A stretch of 64,000 nucleotides of DNA from an uncultured Candidatus Saccharibacteria bacterium. Its GTDB lineage: Bacteria; Patescibacteriota; Minisyncoccia; Phycocordibacterales; Phycocordibacteraceae. Made by a program: the position numbers and the translations under genes. The DNA is taken from contig CAYNNZ010000004.1 in assembly GCA_964398815.1 (NCBI GenBank), forward strand, positions 8,074-72,073. The letters run 5' to 3'. Numbering within the stretch: position 1 is the stretch's first letter; the number at the start of each line of letters is the position of its first letter. Shown here in pieces: positions 47,166-57,596 of the stretch. The notes beneath the pieces are model-generated. The model had not been told where the DNA came from. It did not search any database and was given only the letters and a program-made list of their open reading frames with translations.

Positions 47166-47369
47166 ATGGAACCCACTGAACAGAAACTCGCTGCCCTTGA
47201 GCAGAAGATTGATGCAATTTATGTATCGGTAGAGAAAACGCGGAAGTATTTCCTCTGGACGATGGTTGTAACTATCGTCCTGTTTGTCCTTCCGCTGATC
47301 GGACTCGTATTCGCCATTCCGGCCTTCATGACCAATTACCTCGGTCAAATAAACAGCCTGGGTCTGTAG
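47166..47369 (+). CDS. small membrane protein (67 aa)
   Basis: N-terminal helix followed by two hydrophobic segments. Confidence 0.5.
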   Translation: MEPTEQKLAALEQKIDAIYVSVEKTRKYFLWTMVVTIVLFVLPLIGLVFAIPAFMTNYLGQINSLGL

Positions 47370-47382
47370 TTCGGTTTTTGGA

Positions 47383-48480
47383 CTAGCTGTGCAGAAACAC
47401 CATCACGTCACCGTCTTTGACCTCGTAGGTCTTCCCTTCGGTGCGTATATCCCCCTTATCGCGCGCAGCGCTCCATGAGCCGTCAGCAAGCAGCTTGTCC
47501 CACGCGACCACCTCGGCGCGAATAAACTTGTCGCGGAAGTCCTCATGGATAGCAGCACCCGCGTCAGGCGCGAGCGCGCCCTGCTTCACGGTCCACGCGC
47601 GACTTTCCTTCGGTCCGGTCGTGAAGAACGTGAGGAGACCGAGCGTCTCGTATGCGCCGCGGATGAGGTCTTTAATACCGTCATCCTGTACTCCGAGCTC
47701 TGAGCGGAACATATCCTTGTCGCTGTCTGCGACATCATTCAGTTCATGCTCGGTGCGTGCGTCTATAAGAACGTAGCTTCCGCCGAGGGACTTCACATAG
47801 TCATATGCCTTTTGCGCGCGGCCATCATTCATTTCCGCGAGGTTGTGTCCACCGGACTTACCATTGAATGCGTAGAGGATCGGCTTCAACGTGAGGAGAT
47901 TGAGGGATTTTATGAGCTTCGCTTCCTCAGATGTTAGTCCCGCCGTTATGGCGAGCTTTCCGGACTCCAGTTCAGTAGCAACCTTAACCAAAGCTGCTTT
48001 CTCCTCCAGTGCTTCCTTCTTGTTCATTGCGACGTCGCGCACGAGTTTCTCGAGGCGGCGATCCACACTATCCTTGTCCGCAAGAATCAGTTCGAGATTA
48101 ATCACCTCGATATCCTGCATCGGGTCAATTTCGCCATGCACGTGCGTAATATCCGGATCCTCAAAGAAACGGACCATGTGGAGGATTGCGTCCGTCTCAC
48201 GGATGTTCGAGAGGAATTGGTTACCGAGGCCTTCGCCCTCGCTTGCTCCCTTCACCAAGCCTGCAATATCGACGAATTCAATGACTGCAGGAACGGTCTT
48301 CTCGGATTTCGAAAGCTCCGCGAGCTTATCCAGGCGATCGTCCGGCACCGTAACGACACCCACGGAGGGGTCTATGGTTGCGAATGGATAGTTCGCCACG
48401 AGTGCGTTCGCTCGTGTGAGCGCATTGAAAAGGGTCGACTTCCCGACATTGGGAAGTCCTACGATTCCTATCTTAAGCAT
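47383..48480 (-). CDS. ychF: ribosome-binding ATPase YchF
   Basis: 365 aa from MLKIGIVGLPNVGKSTLFNALT (ATG 48480); the track ORF extends spuriously to 48642. TGS-like C-terminus. Confidence 0.95.
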   Translation of the reverse strand: MLKIGIVGLPNVGKSTLFNALTRANALVANYPFATIDPSVGVVTVPDDRLDKLAELSKSEKTVPAVIEFVDIAGLVKGASEGEGLGNQFLSNIRETDAILHMVRFFEDPDITHVHGEIDPMQDIEVINLELILADKDSVDRRLEKLVRDVAMNKKEALEEKAALVKVATELESGKLAITAGLTSEEAKLIKSLNLLTLKPILYAFNGKSGGHNLAEMNDGRAQKAYDYVKSLGGSYVLIDARTEHELNDVADSDKDMFRSELGVQDDGIKDLIRGAYETLGLLTFFTTGPKESRAWTVKQGALAPDAGAAIHEDFRDKFIRAEVVAWDKLLADGSWSAARDKGDIRTEGKTYEVKDGDVMVFLHS

Positions 48481-48506
48481 TATCCCTACCTTACGGTGTT
48501 CGTCAG

Positions 48507-48735
48507 AAAAGGAAAAGGGCCGGCGCTTGCGCGTCCGGCCCAATCCAACCCTTCGTCTGGGAGAGCATAGGGTTGAGTGGCTCGGTGCTGTAGTGCGCAT
48601 GTCTCCGAGGTGCCTAGGCCTCGATGGGCACCACAGCGACAAGCCAGAGGCATCCTATACCAGCATCCTTCATGGGTCTACCTATTCAGTACCTAAACCG
48701 CACCAACTAGGTGCTTACTCACTAACGCTACACAT
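48507..48735 (-). ncRNA. candidate structured RNA (independent sRNA or ychF leader) ending in an intrinsic terminator
   Basis: Minus-sense rod-like fold. GGCTTG/CGAGCC plus GCTGTGGTG/CACTACAGC (two G-U pairs that are valid only on minus) enclose CGAGG-CCTAGGCA-CCTCG. Outer ATAGG/CCTAT. 5' hairpin GCACC-TAGTT-GGTGC. Terminator GGGCCGGaCGC-GCAA-GCGCCGGCCC plus TTTTCCTTTTC lies at 48507-48541. No Rfam-class motif recognised. Confidence 0.4.
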
Positions 48736-48874
48736 ATGACGACAGAAGAAATGAAGAAGAAGGAGGCTGATGAGGCAAAGAAGAAAGAGGAGGAAGTGGC
48801 GAAGAATTCTTCAGATAAGAAGTAAGCTCGCTCGGGCAAGCTCGCACAGAAAAGCCGCCTATGGCGGCCTTTGT

Positions 48875-48991
48875 GTATATAAAAAGAAAAGGCCCTACGT
48901 GAGGGCCTTGGGGGGTTGGGAGGTGGGATGGGGTGGTCGTGGGGTGACCGCGCCGTTGTCGGGGGGGCGTCAGCTGGCGCTCCCACCTCCC
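48875..48991 (-). ncRNA. candidate small RNA with C-rich loops
   Basis: Promoter-like TTGCAT-N17-TATAAC (49026-48998). The transcript would start at the 12-nt arm TGGGAGGTGGGA, which pairs with TCCCACCTCCCA 52 nt downstream. Inner GCGCC/GGCGC stem. C-runs in the loops. Terminator AAGGCCCT-CACGT-AGGGCCTT plus TTTCTTTTTATAT. Confidence 0.4.
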
Positions 48992-48997
48992 AGAATG

Positions 48998-49026
48998 GTT
49001 ATAACATCTCCTTGCTGATTATGCAA
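48998..49026 (-). promoter_or_regulatory. putative promoter of the C-rich sRNA candidate
   Basis: Minus-sense TTGCAT (49026-49021), 17-nt spacer, TATAAC (49003-48998). Confidence 0.35.
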
Positions 49027-49051
49027 GTATGTTTCCGGACCGAGGCGTATA

Positions 49052-49080
49052 TTGACTTTTCCCGCATTTTATGCTATTAA
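49052..49080 (+). promoter_or_regulatory. putative promoter of the 49110 gene
   Basis: TTGACT-N17-TATTAA, then GGGAG 8 nt before ATG 49110. Confidence 0.4.
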
Positions 49081-49109
49081 ATACCCAACGTCATTCTGGG
49101 AGATAGACA

Positions 49110-49508
49110 ATGACTAAGAACATTCCGTTCAAATTCACCGTTGCGTTCACCTTCCTCTTGGGCTTCGGCTTGCTTGCCTTCGCCTGCTTCCTGCAGTGGG
49201 ACATCACGGACTACCCGAATAGGGTCTATATGTCCGAGATGATCGCCCGCGGCTGGTCCGCCACTGCCGGCGCCCTGCCGGCCTCGACGACTGCCCGCTT
49301 CCCCATGCTCGGCGACGGGTATCTGGGCGTCTGCGCCCCGATCGTCTTCGCCATCATGGGCTTCGCCATGCTGGTGCTCGGCTGGCATCTCCTCGATGCC
49401 GTCCATAAGGACGACGAGGAAGAGCCGGAAGAGCCGGCGCGTGAGCCCGTGGCGACGGACGACAACGTCCGCCACATGGGTGAAGGCGCCCGCGACATCG
49501 CGGCCTAG
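49110..49508 (+). CDS. hypothetical membrane protein (132 aa)
   Basis: Two to three hydrophobic segments and an acidic C-terminal tail. Own promoter, SD and terminator. Confidence 0.5.
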   Translation: MTKNIPFKFTVAFTFLLGFGLLAFACFLQWDITDYPNRVYMSEMIARGWSATAGALPASTTARFPMLGDGYLGVCAPIVFAIMGFAMLVLGWHLLDAVHKDDEEEPEEPAREPVATDDNVRHMGEGARDIAA

Positions 49509-49532
49509 CAACACCAACAGCGCATCATGCGC

Positions 49533-49570
49533 GAGCCCCTGCCATCACGGCGGGGGCTCTTAGTTTTATA
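49533..49570 (+). terminator. intrinsic terminator
   Basis: GAGCCCCTGCC-ATCAC-GGCGGGGGCTC followed by TTAGTTTTATAT. Confidence 0.6.
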
Positions 49571-49609
49571 TAAAAAGGAAAAGGGGTCGACGCCAAAGAC
49601 GTCGACCCC
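49568..49609 (-). terminator. intrinsic terminator of the 49688 gene
   Basis: GGGGTCGACG-7 nt-CGTCGACCCC, followed on the minus strand by TTTTCCTTTTTATA. Confidence 0.6.
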
Positions 49610-49687
49610 CGCTCCGAGGCCATAGAGGCTGGGAAGTGCCAGCCCCGGAGTTCGTCAGCTGGGAGGCTGAACAAGCACAGAATTGCA

Positions 49688-50269
49688 CTACTTAGCTGCG
49701 CGCGCAAGCGACGCAATGGCCTTCAGATAGCGTGCTTTGCGTGCTGGGGTGCAACTCTCTGAATTTCCAAACTGCGTAAGGCTCACCTTATAGCCAGACA
49801 TACCAAGAGTGGCGTAGGAGATTTCGTTCGTGAAGTCACCGAATACGAGACGTATGAAAATTGGCGGCATCTTGGAAAGCGTAATGACTCGCGCCGTCTT
49901 CCCCGTCATCATGCGGTCCCATCCCATACCGTTCTTCCAGAAATGGAACGCAAAGCTGGGAAGCCAGATACGGTCAAAGAATCCCTTGAGTAGCGCAGGC
50001 ATTGCCGACCACCAGACTGGATACAGGAGCACGAAGTGGTCCGCCCACTTCATATCCTCCTGCACTTTCTTCAGGTCCGGCTCGAGTTCTTGAATTACCT
50101 TGTAGCCCTTGTGGAGAATGGGGTCGAACGAAAGGTCCCCGATATTCGCACGTCGCACGTAGTGGCCAGCATCGGCGGCCGCCTTTTCGTATGCATCGGC
50201 AAGTTCGTTCGTAAGTGTACCGTCCTTATCGGGATTACCCATCAGGATATAGATGTTCTTCTGCTTCAT
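49688..50269 (-). CDS. flavodoxin-like fold NAD(P)H dehydrogenase (quinone)-type protein
   Basis: 193 aa. IYILMGNPDKD, ADHFVLLYPVWWSAMPALLKGFFDR. Confidence 0.8.
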   Translation of the reverse strand: MKQKNIYILMGNPDKDGTLTNELADAYEKAAADAGHYVRRANIGDLSFDPILHKGYKVIQELEPDLKKVQEDMKWADHFVLLYPVWWSAMPALLKGFFDRIWLPSFAFHFWKNGMGWDRMMTGKTARVITLSKMPPIFIRLVFGDFTNEISYATLGMSGYKVSLTQFGNSESCTPARKARYLKAIASLARAAK

Positions 50270-50326
50270 GCCGTAACTTTATCATGCGACCACCCCCATC
50301 TCCGTGTCGACTTTAGGGCGACTGGA

Positions 50327-50362
50327 AAAGTTAATAGTGCGATATATCGCACTATTAACTTT
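50327..50362. repeat. 36-nt perfect palindrome
   Basis: AAAGTTAATAGTGCGATATATCGCACTATTAACTTT equals its own reverse complement. Same core and GTTAA/TTAAC flanks as 35714-35753. Confidence 0.95.
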
Positions 50363-50403
50363 CTGTGTTGGTGGTGCCATCTATCGCAAGCCGTAGCGAA
50401 GAC

Positions 50404-50637
50404 CTATTTCTGCATTAAAGCCGCGAGTTCACTGCGGTATTTTTTCATTACTTCCATCGTCGCCTTCATCTGTGGCTCGCCTCCCTTTTTGACGCGGCGA
50501 TCCACCTCTTCGCCAATCTTCTTAAACAGTTCCGGGTCCTTCGTCACAAGCGCCATAATCTGCTCGCGCTGCGCCTCCGGCACGTCTTTCATTTTCGCCT
50601 TCATCATCTGGCGCAGGAAAAAATCTTGTACTCCCAT
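50404..50637 (-). CDS. hypothetical small helical protein (77 aa)
   Basis: Lys/Glu-rich helical sequence. No motif. Confidence 0.5.
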   Translation of the reverse strand: MGVQDFFLRQMMKAKMKDVPEAQREQIMALVTKDPELFKKIGEEVDRRVKKGGEPQMKATMEVMKKYRSELAALMQK

Positions 50638-50671
50638 AGTCGGTTCAGTATAGCAAAAAGGGTTGGGCCCG

Positions 50672-51079
50672 CTACCAGCGGGCCCATTCCTCTTCCTTTC
50701 GTTCCTGCAGAATTGCTTTTTTGCGGAGCCGTTCCAGCCGATGAGAGATGCGCTGCATCGTCATGTTCTGAATTTCAGCCGGGGTATCGGTCTCGTAGAC
50801 GGTAATCATGACCGCATCGCTGTTCGGCCTTGCGGCCACATGCTTGTCGACGCAGTCACGAGACGAGGTCACTTGGAGCGGGATACGCCCGTATTCCGTA
50901 TAGACCCACCCATCGATGCCGAGAAATAAGTCCTCGTATACGGTGCCGCGTTCGACGCGGTAGACGTCGTCGAGCAGTTCGACAGGAAATTTGTAGAAGG
51001 CGTCGAAGAACTGCTGTTCGCGCGCCTGACCGATTTGGACCCGCTCAAGGCCGGTGAATCGGGAAGTGATGTAGTTCAT
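50672..51079 (-). CDS. hypothetical protein (135 aa)
   Basis: Start at MNYITSRF with GGAAGGAG 6 nt upstream. Lies 66 nt downstream of atpC on the same strand. Confidence 0.5.
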   Translation of the reverse strand: MNYITSRFTGLERVQIGQAREQQFFDAFYKFPVELLDDVYRVERGTVYEDLFLGIDGWVYTEYGRIPLQVTSSRDCVDKHVAARPNSDAVMITVYETDTPAEIQNMTMQRISHRLERLRKKAILQERKEEEWARW

Positions 51080-51145
51080 CGCTTGCTCCTTCCGCGCGCG
51101 TTGCTGTCCACACAATACAACCCGCGCCCGGGATGACAAGGCGGA

Positions 51146-51388
51146 CTACAGCAGGACTGTGGCTTGGTTGCTCGAGACCTCCGCAATCCCTTTCTCAATT
51201 GAGAAGGTCTGCTTCTCTCCGTTCTCGGTCTCGACGACAGCATCACCTGCCTTAAGCGGCGTCACGAACGCCTCGTGGTTGGCCATCACGGTGAACACAC
51301 CTTCCTCGCCCGGAAGCGTAACGGCCACCGCTTCTCCGTCAAAGAGGTTCTCTCCGACTTTCGCGATAGTGAGATGAAAGGTTTTCAT
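51146..51388 (-). CDS. atpC: ATP synthase epsilon subunit, N-terminal beta-sandwich only
   Basis: 80 aa. LTIAKVGENLFDGEAVAVTLPGEEGVFTVMANHEAFVTPLKAG. No C-terminal helical hairpin. Confidence 0.85.
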   Translation of the reverse strand: MKTFHLTIAKVGENLFDGEAVAVTLPGEEGVFTVMANHEAFVTPLKAGDAVVETENGEKQTFSIEKGIAEVSSNQATVLL

Positions 51389-51395
51389 AAATTAA

Positions 51396-51617
51396 TTAGA
51401 TTACGTGCCAATACACGAGACCCCACGCAAGAATAAGAAAAAACAATAAGAATGGTATTGCATTCGGATACCATAGCGGTGACGCCTCTCGGGCACTTTT
51501 TGTTCCGAAATACGATTCCCATTTCTGTCCTTTGTATTTCGTCTGGAACAGCCAGAACATCACTGCAAGACACAATGTCGGTATCACTAGACCAAGAAGA
51601 GTTACGACTATTTCCAT
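51396..51617 (-). CDS. small two-TM membrane protein inserted between atpD and atpC
   Basis: 73 aa. MEIVVTLLGLVIPTLCLAVMFWLF ... AIPFLLFFLILAWGLVYW. Visibly AT-richer than its neighbours. Confidence 0.5.
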   Translation of the reverse strand: MEIVVTLLGLVIPTLCLAVMFWLFQTKYKGQKWESYFGTKSAREASPLWYPNAIPFLLFFLILAWGLVYWHVI

Positions 51618-51639
51618 GAGTAGTACCCTTTCGTTGCGA

Positions 51640-53945
<2,306 letters not shown>

Positions 53946-53969
53946 AGATGGGAGATAGGTAGAGAGTGA

Positions 53970-55520
53970 TTACTCGCCAGTGCGCTCGACGAACTGGTCG
54001 AGCTTCGCGCGAAGGTCCTTCTCGATGGTCTCGTTGATTTCGCGCGTGGTGCGGATTGCCGCGAGCACGTCATTCGCTTCGCGCGAAAGATACTCCTGCA
54101 GGCGCTCCTCTGCCTGACTTGTCTTCTCCGGCGGGAATCCATCGAAGTAGCCGTTCACTGCAGCGAAGATGACTGCTGCTTCCATCTCAAACGGAAGCGG
54201 CTTGCCGTTTGGCTGCTTGAGCATCTCCGTCATGCGGCGGCCAGAGTCAATCTGCTTCTTCGTGTTCTCATCGAGGTCGGATGCGAACTGCATGAACGCC
54301 TCAAGTTCGCGGAACTGTGCGAGCTCGAGCTTAATCTTTCCGGACACCTTCTTCATAGCCTTCGTCTGTGCAGCAGAACCCACGCGAGACACGGAGTTAC
54401 CAACGTCGATAGCCGGACGGAGTCCTTGGTTGAAGAGGTTGGTGAGCACGAATATCTGTCCGTCCGTGATGGAAATCACGTTCGTCGGAATGTAGGTCGA
54501 GATGTCGCCTTCCTGCGTCTCGATGATAGGAAGTGCGGTGAGCGAACCACCACCCTTTTCCTTAGAGAGCTTTGCGGCGCGCTCGAGGAGGCGGGAGTGG
54601 AGGTAGAAGATGTCTCCCGGGTATGCCTCGCGGCCCGGCGGGCGACGAAGAAGGAGCGACATCTGGCGGTATGCCACGGCCTGCTTGGAGAGGTCGTCGT
54701 AGATGACGAGTGCGTCCTTGCCCTGCTCCATGAAGTGCTCGCCGATAGCAGCACCTGCGAACGGTGCGAGGTACTGGAAGGCAGCCGGAGAGGATGCCGG
54801 TGCAGTGACGACGATGGTGTACTCCATTGCGCCCTTGTCTGCGAGCTCTGCAACGAGCTTCGCGGTCTTCGACTCCTTCTGGCCGATAGCAACGTACACA
54901 CAGATAGGACGATTCTCAGCCGGCTCAGACTTCTGGTTGATGATGGTGTCTATCGCGATGGTGGTCTTACCCGTTCCGCGGTCACCAATGATGAGCTCGC
55001 GCTGGCCGCGACCAATTGGCACCATGGCGTCGATAGCCTTAATGCCCGTGTGAAGCGGCGTGTTCACCGGAGAGCGGTCCATAACGCCGTATGCTTCGGA
55101 CTCGATAGGACGAATCTTGTCGGCACCCGTCGGGCCCTTGCCGTCTACCGGCTCGCCGAGCGGATTCACCACGCGACCGACGAGCGAGTCACCTACTGGG
55201 ATGGAGAGTAGGCGGCCGACGCGACGCACGAGCATGCCCTCATAGACGCGAGCATTGTCTCCGAGCACGACGGCACGCACGCCGTCTTCCTCGAGGTTGA
55301 GCACGAGGCCGTAGATGGGGTCAGCATCTTTGAGCGCAGCCTCGAGAGTGCGGTCGAACGTAGGATCAAAGAGCACCATCTCGTTCATGATGGCTCCCTC
55401 CAGTCCGTCTATCTCCGCGATACCGTCTCCAGTAGCGCGCACAATACCTGTCTCCTGCACGTCGCCTTTCGGGGCGAAGCCTGCGATTTCACTCTCGATG
55501 CGCTTGATAATGCTCTCCAT
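53970..55520 (-). CDS. atpA: ATP synthase alpha subunit
   Basis: 516 aa. GDRGTGKT Walker A, PGREAYPGDIFYLHSRLLER. Confidence 0.97.
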   Translation of the reverse strand: MESIIKRIESEIAGFAPKGDVQETGIVRATGDGIAEIDGLEGAIMNEMVLFDPTFDRTLEAALKDADPIYGLVLNLEEDGVRAVVLGDNARVYEGMLVRRVGRLLSIPVGDSLVGRVVNPLGEPVDGKGPTGADKIRPIESEAYGVMDRSPVNTPLHTGIKAIDAMVPIGRGQRELIIGDRGTGKTTIAIDTIINQKSEPAENRPICVYVAIGQKESKTAKLVAELADKGAMEYTIVVTAPASSPAAFQYLAPFAGAAIGEHFMEQGKDALVIYDDLSKQAVAYRQMSLLLRRPPGREAYPGDIFYLHSRLLERAAKLSKEKGGGSLTALPIIETQEGDISTYIPTNVISITDGQIFVLTNLFNQGLRPAIDVGNSVSRVGSAAQTKAMKKVSGKIKLELAQFRELEAFMQFASDLDENTKKQIDSGRRMTEMLKQPNGKPLPFEMEAAVIFAAVNGYFDGFPPEKTSQAEERLQEYLSREANDVLAAIRTTREINETIEKDLRAKLDQFVERTGE

Positions 55521-55534
55521 AATGTGCGTGGTTA

Positions 55535-55900
55535 TTAAGTAGTTACCTTTCGATAGAGCTCAATGAGCCCCTGCTTGGCGCTCCTATCTATGAGCGTCCC
55601 TCCTGTGCGTGCGCGCCATCCGCGGATGAGCGCCGGGTTCACGGTCGCGTGCGCGACCTCGATACCCTCTGCCTTTGCAGCCTTTACGGCGGCTGCCGCC
55701 TCCTTCTCGCTCGCTGCTTCTACAGACGGGGCGAGTTTTGCCTTGCGGGCTTCCAGGACGCGCAGATGGCGCAGGATTCCGGGGAGTAGCTTTACGCGTC
55801 CGGTCTCGGTGAGGTGCTTCGTCAATTCAGCGACAAGCTTCTTCTCGTCGCTTCCTTGTGCGAGCAGGTTCTCGATTGCCTTTGCGTAGAGCTTCTCCAT
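55535..55900 (-). CDS. atpH: ATP synthase delta (OSCP) subunit, short form
   Basis: 121 aa in the operon position between b and alpha. C-terminal LIRGWRARTGGTLIDRSAKQGL matches the OSCP C-terminal block. Confidence 0.75.
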   Translation of the reverse strand: MEKLYAKAIENLLAQGSDEKKLVAELTKHLTETGRVKLLPGILRHLRVLEARKAKLAPSVEAASEKEAAAAVKAAKAEGIEVAHATVNPALIRGWRARTGGTLIDRSAKQGLIELYRKVTT

Positions 55901-55902
55901 GA

Positions 55903-56346
55903 CTATTTATCGCGGAGCACCTTCTCTGCGGCGAGCACGGCCATGCGCGCGATTTCCTTTTCGCTTTCGCGAAGCGTGCGAGCCGCCTCTTCCTTTGCGC
56001 GAGCCTCAGCATCCTTCTCGACGCTTGCTGCACGCGCTTCTGCCTCCTTCACGATGCGAGTGCGCTCCTGCTGCGCGCTTTCGCGTGCGGTAGCAACGAT
56101 GCCCTCTGCTTCGCTTTCTGCACCCTGCACGACCTTCGCCGCCTCGTCGTCTGCCTTTGCAGCCTTCGCCTCAGCCTCTTCGGCTGCACGAACACCCGCT
56201 GCAATCTTTTCTTTGCGCGCCTCGAGCGTAGCCATCACTGGCTTATAGAGGAGGTACCAGAGCACCGTCATCAGCACGCCGAAGTTCACCAGCTGCGCGA
56301 TGAGGAGCGGTACTTGGAGACCGAATGCTGCGAAGAGGTCAGACAT
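55903..56346 (-). CDS. atpF: ATP synthase subunit b
   Basis: 147 aa. A single N-terminal TM followed by a long Ala/Glu/Lys coiled coil. Confidence 0.85.
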   Translation of the reverse strand: MSDLFAAFGLQVPLLIAQLVNFGVLMTVLWYLLYKPVMATLEARKEKIAAGVRAAEEAEAKAAKADDEAAKVVQGAESEAEGIVATARESAQQERTRIVKEAEARAASVEKDAEARAKEEAARTLRESEKEIARMAVLAAEKVLRDK

Positions 56347-56495
56347 AGAATTGGTAAGTGAGGTTTAGTTAGAGAGTGCGATTACAAAGTTTCTTATGCA
56401 AGGCATGGGTGAACGATGAGCGGAGACGTATGTGCTATACGGCGAAGCGAAGCGTTGGGACCCATAACGTAGCAGAAGGAACTTTTAATCGTGCT

Positions 56496-56732
<237 letters not shown>

Positions 56733-56789
56733 TTACTTTTTAATTTTCGAACTCCATCCCGGAGCCGCATGAAGGCACTAGCCAAATGG

Positions 56790-57596
56790 CTAATGCGCCT
56801 CGTGCGGGTCAGTGACAGACAGCTTGATGAAGAACATGGTGAGCATAGCGAACACCAAGGCCTGAATCGCGCCGATGAACATCTCGAAGCCCATGAGCGG
56901 CACCGGAAGCAGATACGGCAGGAAGTAGCCGGCGACCAGAATCATCACCTCGCCGGCAAAGATGTTGCCGAAGAGACGGAACGAGAACGAGACGAGGCGG
57001 GAGAGATTCGAGACAACTTCGATGAGGCCCACGACGAAATTGACCGGTGAAGTAACGTTAACAAACCGGCCGACATACTTCCACCATCCGAGTACCGCGA
57101 TGCCGGTGATTTCGATGACGAAGAAGGAGATGAATGCGAGTGCGAGCGTGAAGTTCAGGTCTGCCGCAGGCGCGCGGAAGAGCGGCTCGAACTCCGTTCC
57201 GTGGAAAAGACCGATGGAGCCGATACCCGGAAGGAACGCGAGCTCATTCCCTACGAGGATAAAGAGGAAGATGGTCGCGATGAGCGGGAAGAAGCGCTTC
57301 GCGAGTGCTTCGCTCTCGAAGGTCTCCATGACATAGCCGTAAGCACCTTCGAATACCCATTCCACCGCTGCCTGCAGCTTGCCCGGAATCATTTTGAGCG
57401 TTCCGCGGAACCAGATAGCGAAAATGATGAGCACCGCCATGACGAGCCAGGTCATGAGGAGCGAGTTCGTAATTGGGAAGCCGAACAGGTGCCCAAGCAC
57501 TTCGGCTTTGAGCGATACGTGGATAGGGCTTTCGTGCACCGCCTCGGTGGCGGTTGCGATAGCGGTCGTCGAAGCTGCGACTAGCTCAACGTCCAT
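56790..57596 (-). CDS. atpB: ATP synthase subunit a
   Basis: LSRLVSFSFRLFGNIFAGE (essential Arg block). Start uncertain: ATG 57596 is preferred, and the track ORF reaches a TTG at 57668. Confidence 0.88.
   Translation of the reverse strand: MDVELVAASTTAIATATEAVHESPIHVSLKAEVLGHLFGFPITNSLLMTWLVMAVLIIFAIWFRGTLKMIPGKLQAAVEWVFEGAYGYVMETFESEALAKRFFPLIATIFLFILVGNELAFLPGIGSIGLFHGTEFEPLFRAPAADLNFTLALAFISFFVIEITGIAVLGWWKYVGRFVNVTSPVNFVVGLIEVVSNLSRLVSFSFRLFGNIFAGEVMILVAGYFLPYLLPVPLMGFEMFIGAIQALVFAMLTMFFIKLSVTDPHEAH

Noticed and set aside
48507-48735. Assignment of the ychF-upstream RNA to SRP RNA, 6S RNA, tmRNA, RNase P RNA or a T-box
   Set aside because: I could not find the signature sequences as I recall them. 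These are the helix-8 GGAA/GNRA tetraloop with AGCA motif, the tRNA-like 3' end with a tag ORF, the P4 GAGGAAAGTCC, and the T-box AGGGTGGNACCGCG. The class is left open pending a covariance-model search.
48736-48825. 29-codon plus-strand ORF MTTEEMKKKEADEAKKKEEEVAKNSSDKK, followed by the hairpin GCCGCC-TAT-GGCGGC
   Set aside because: There is no SD or promoter upstream, and the composition is low-complexity and purine-rich. The opposite strand may instead be the CU-rich 5' part of the structured RNA upstream of ychF. It is kept only as a note because tiny charged peptides cannot be excluded.
48910-48944. A G-quadruplex on the plus strand as the primary function of the G-rich tract
   Set aside because: The motif is real (G6, G3, G3, G4 runs with short loops). 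However, the surrounding promoter, 12-bp inverted repeat and minus-strand terminator explain the tract better as the complement of a C-rich sRNA. It is mentioned within that finding instead.
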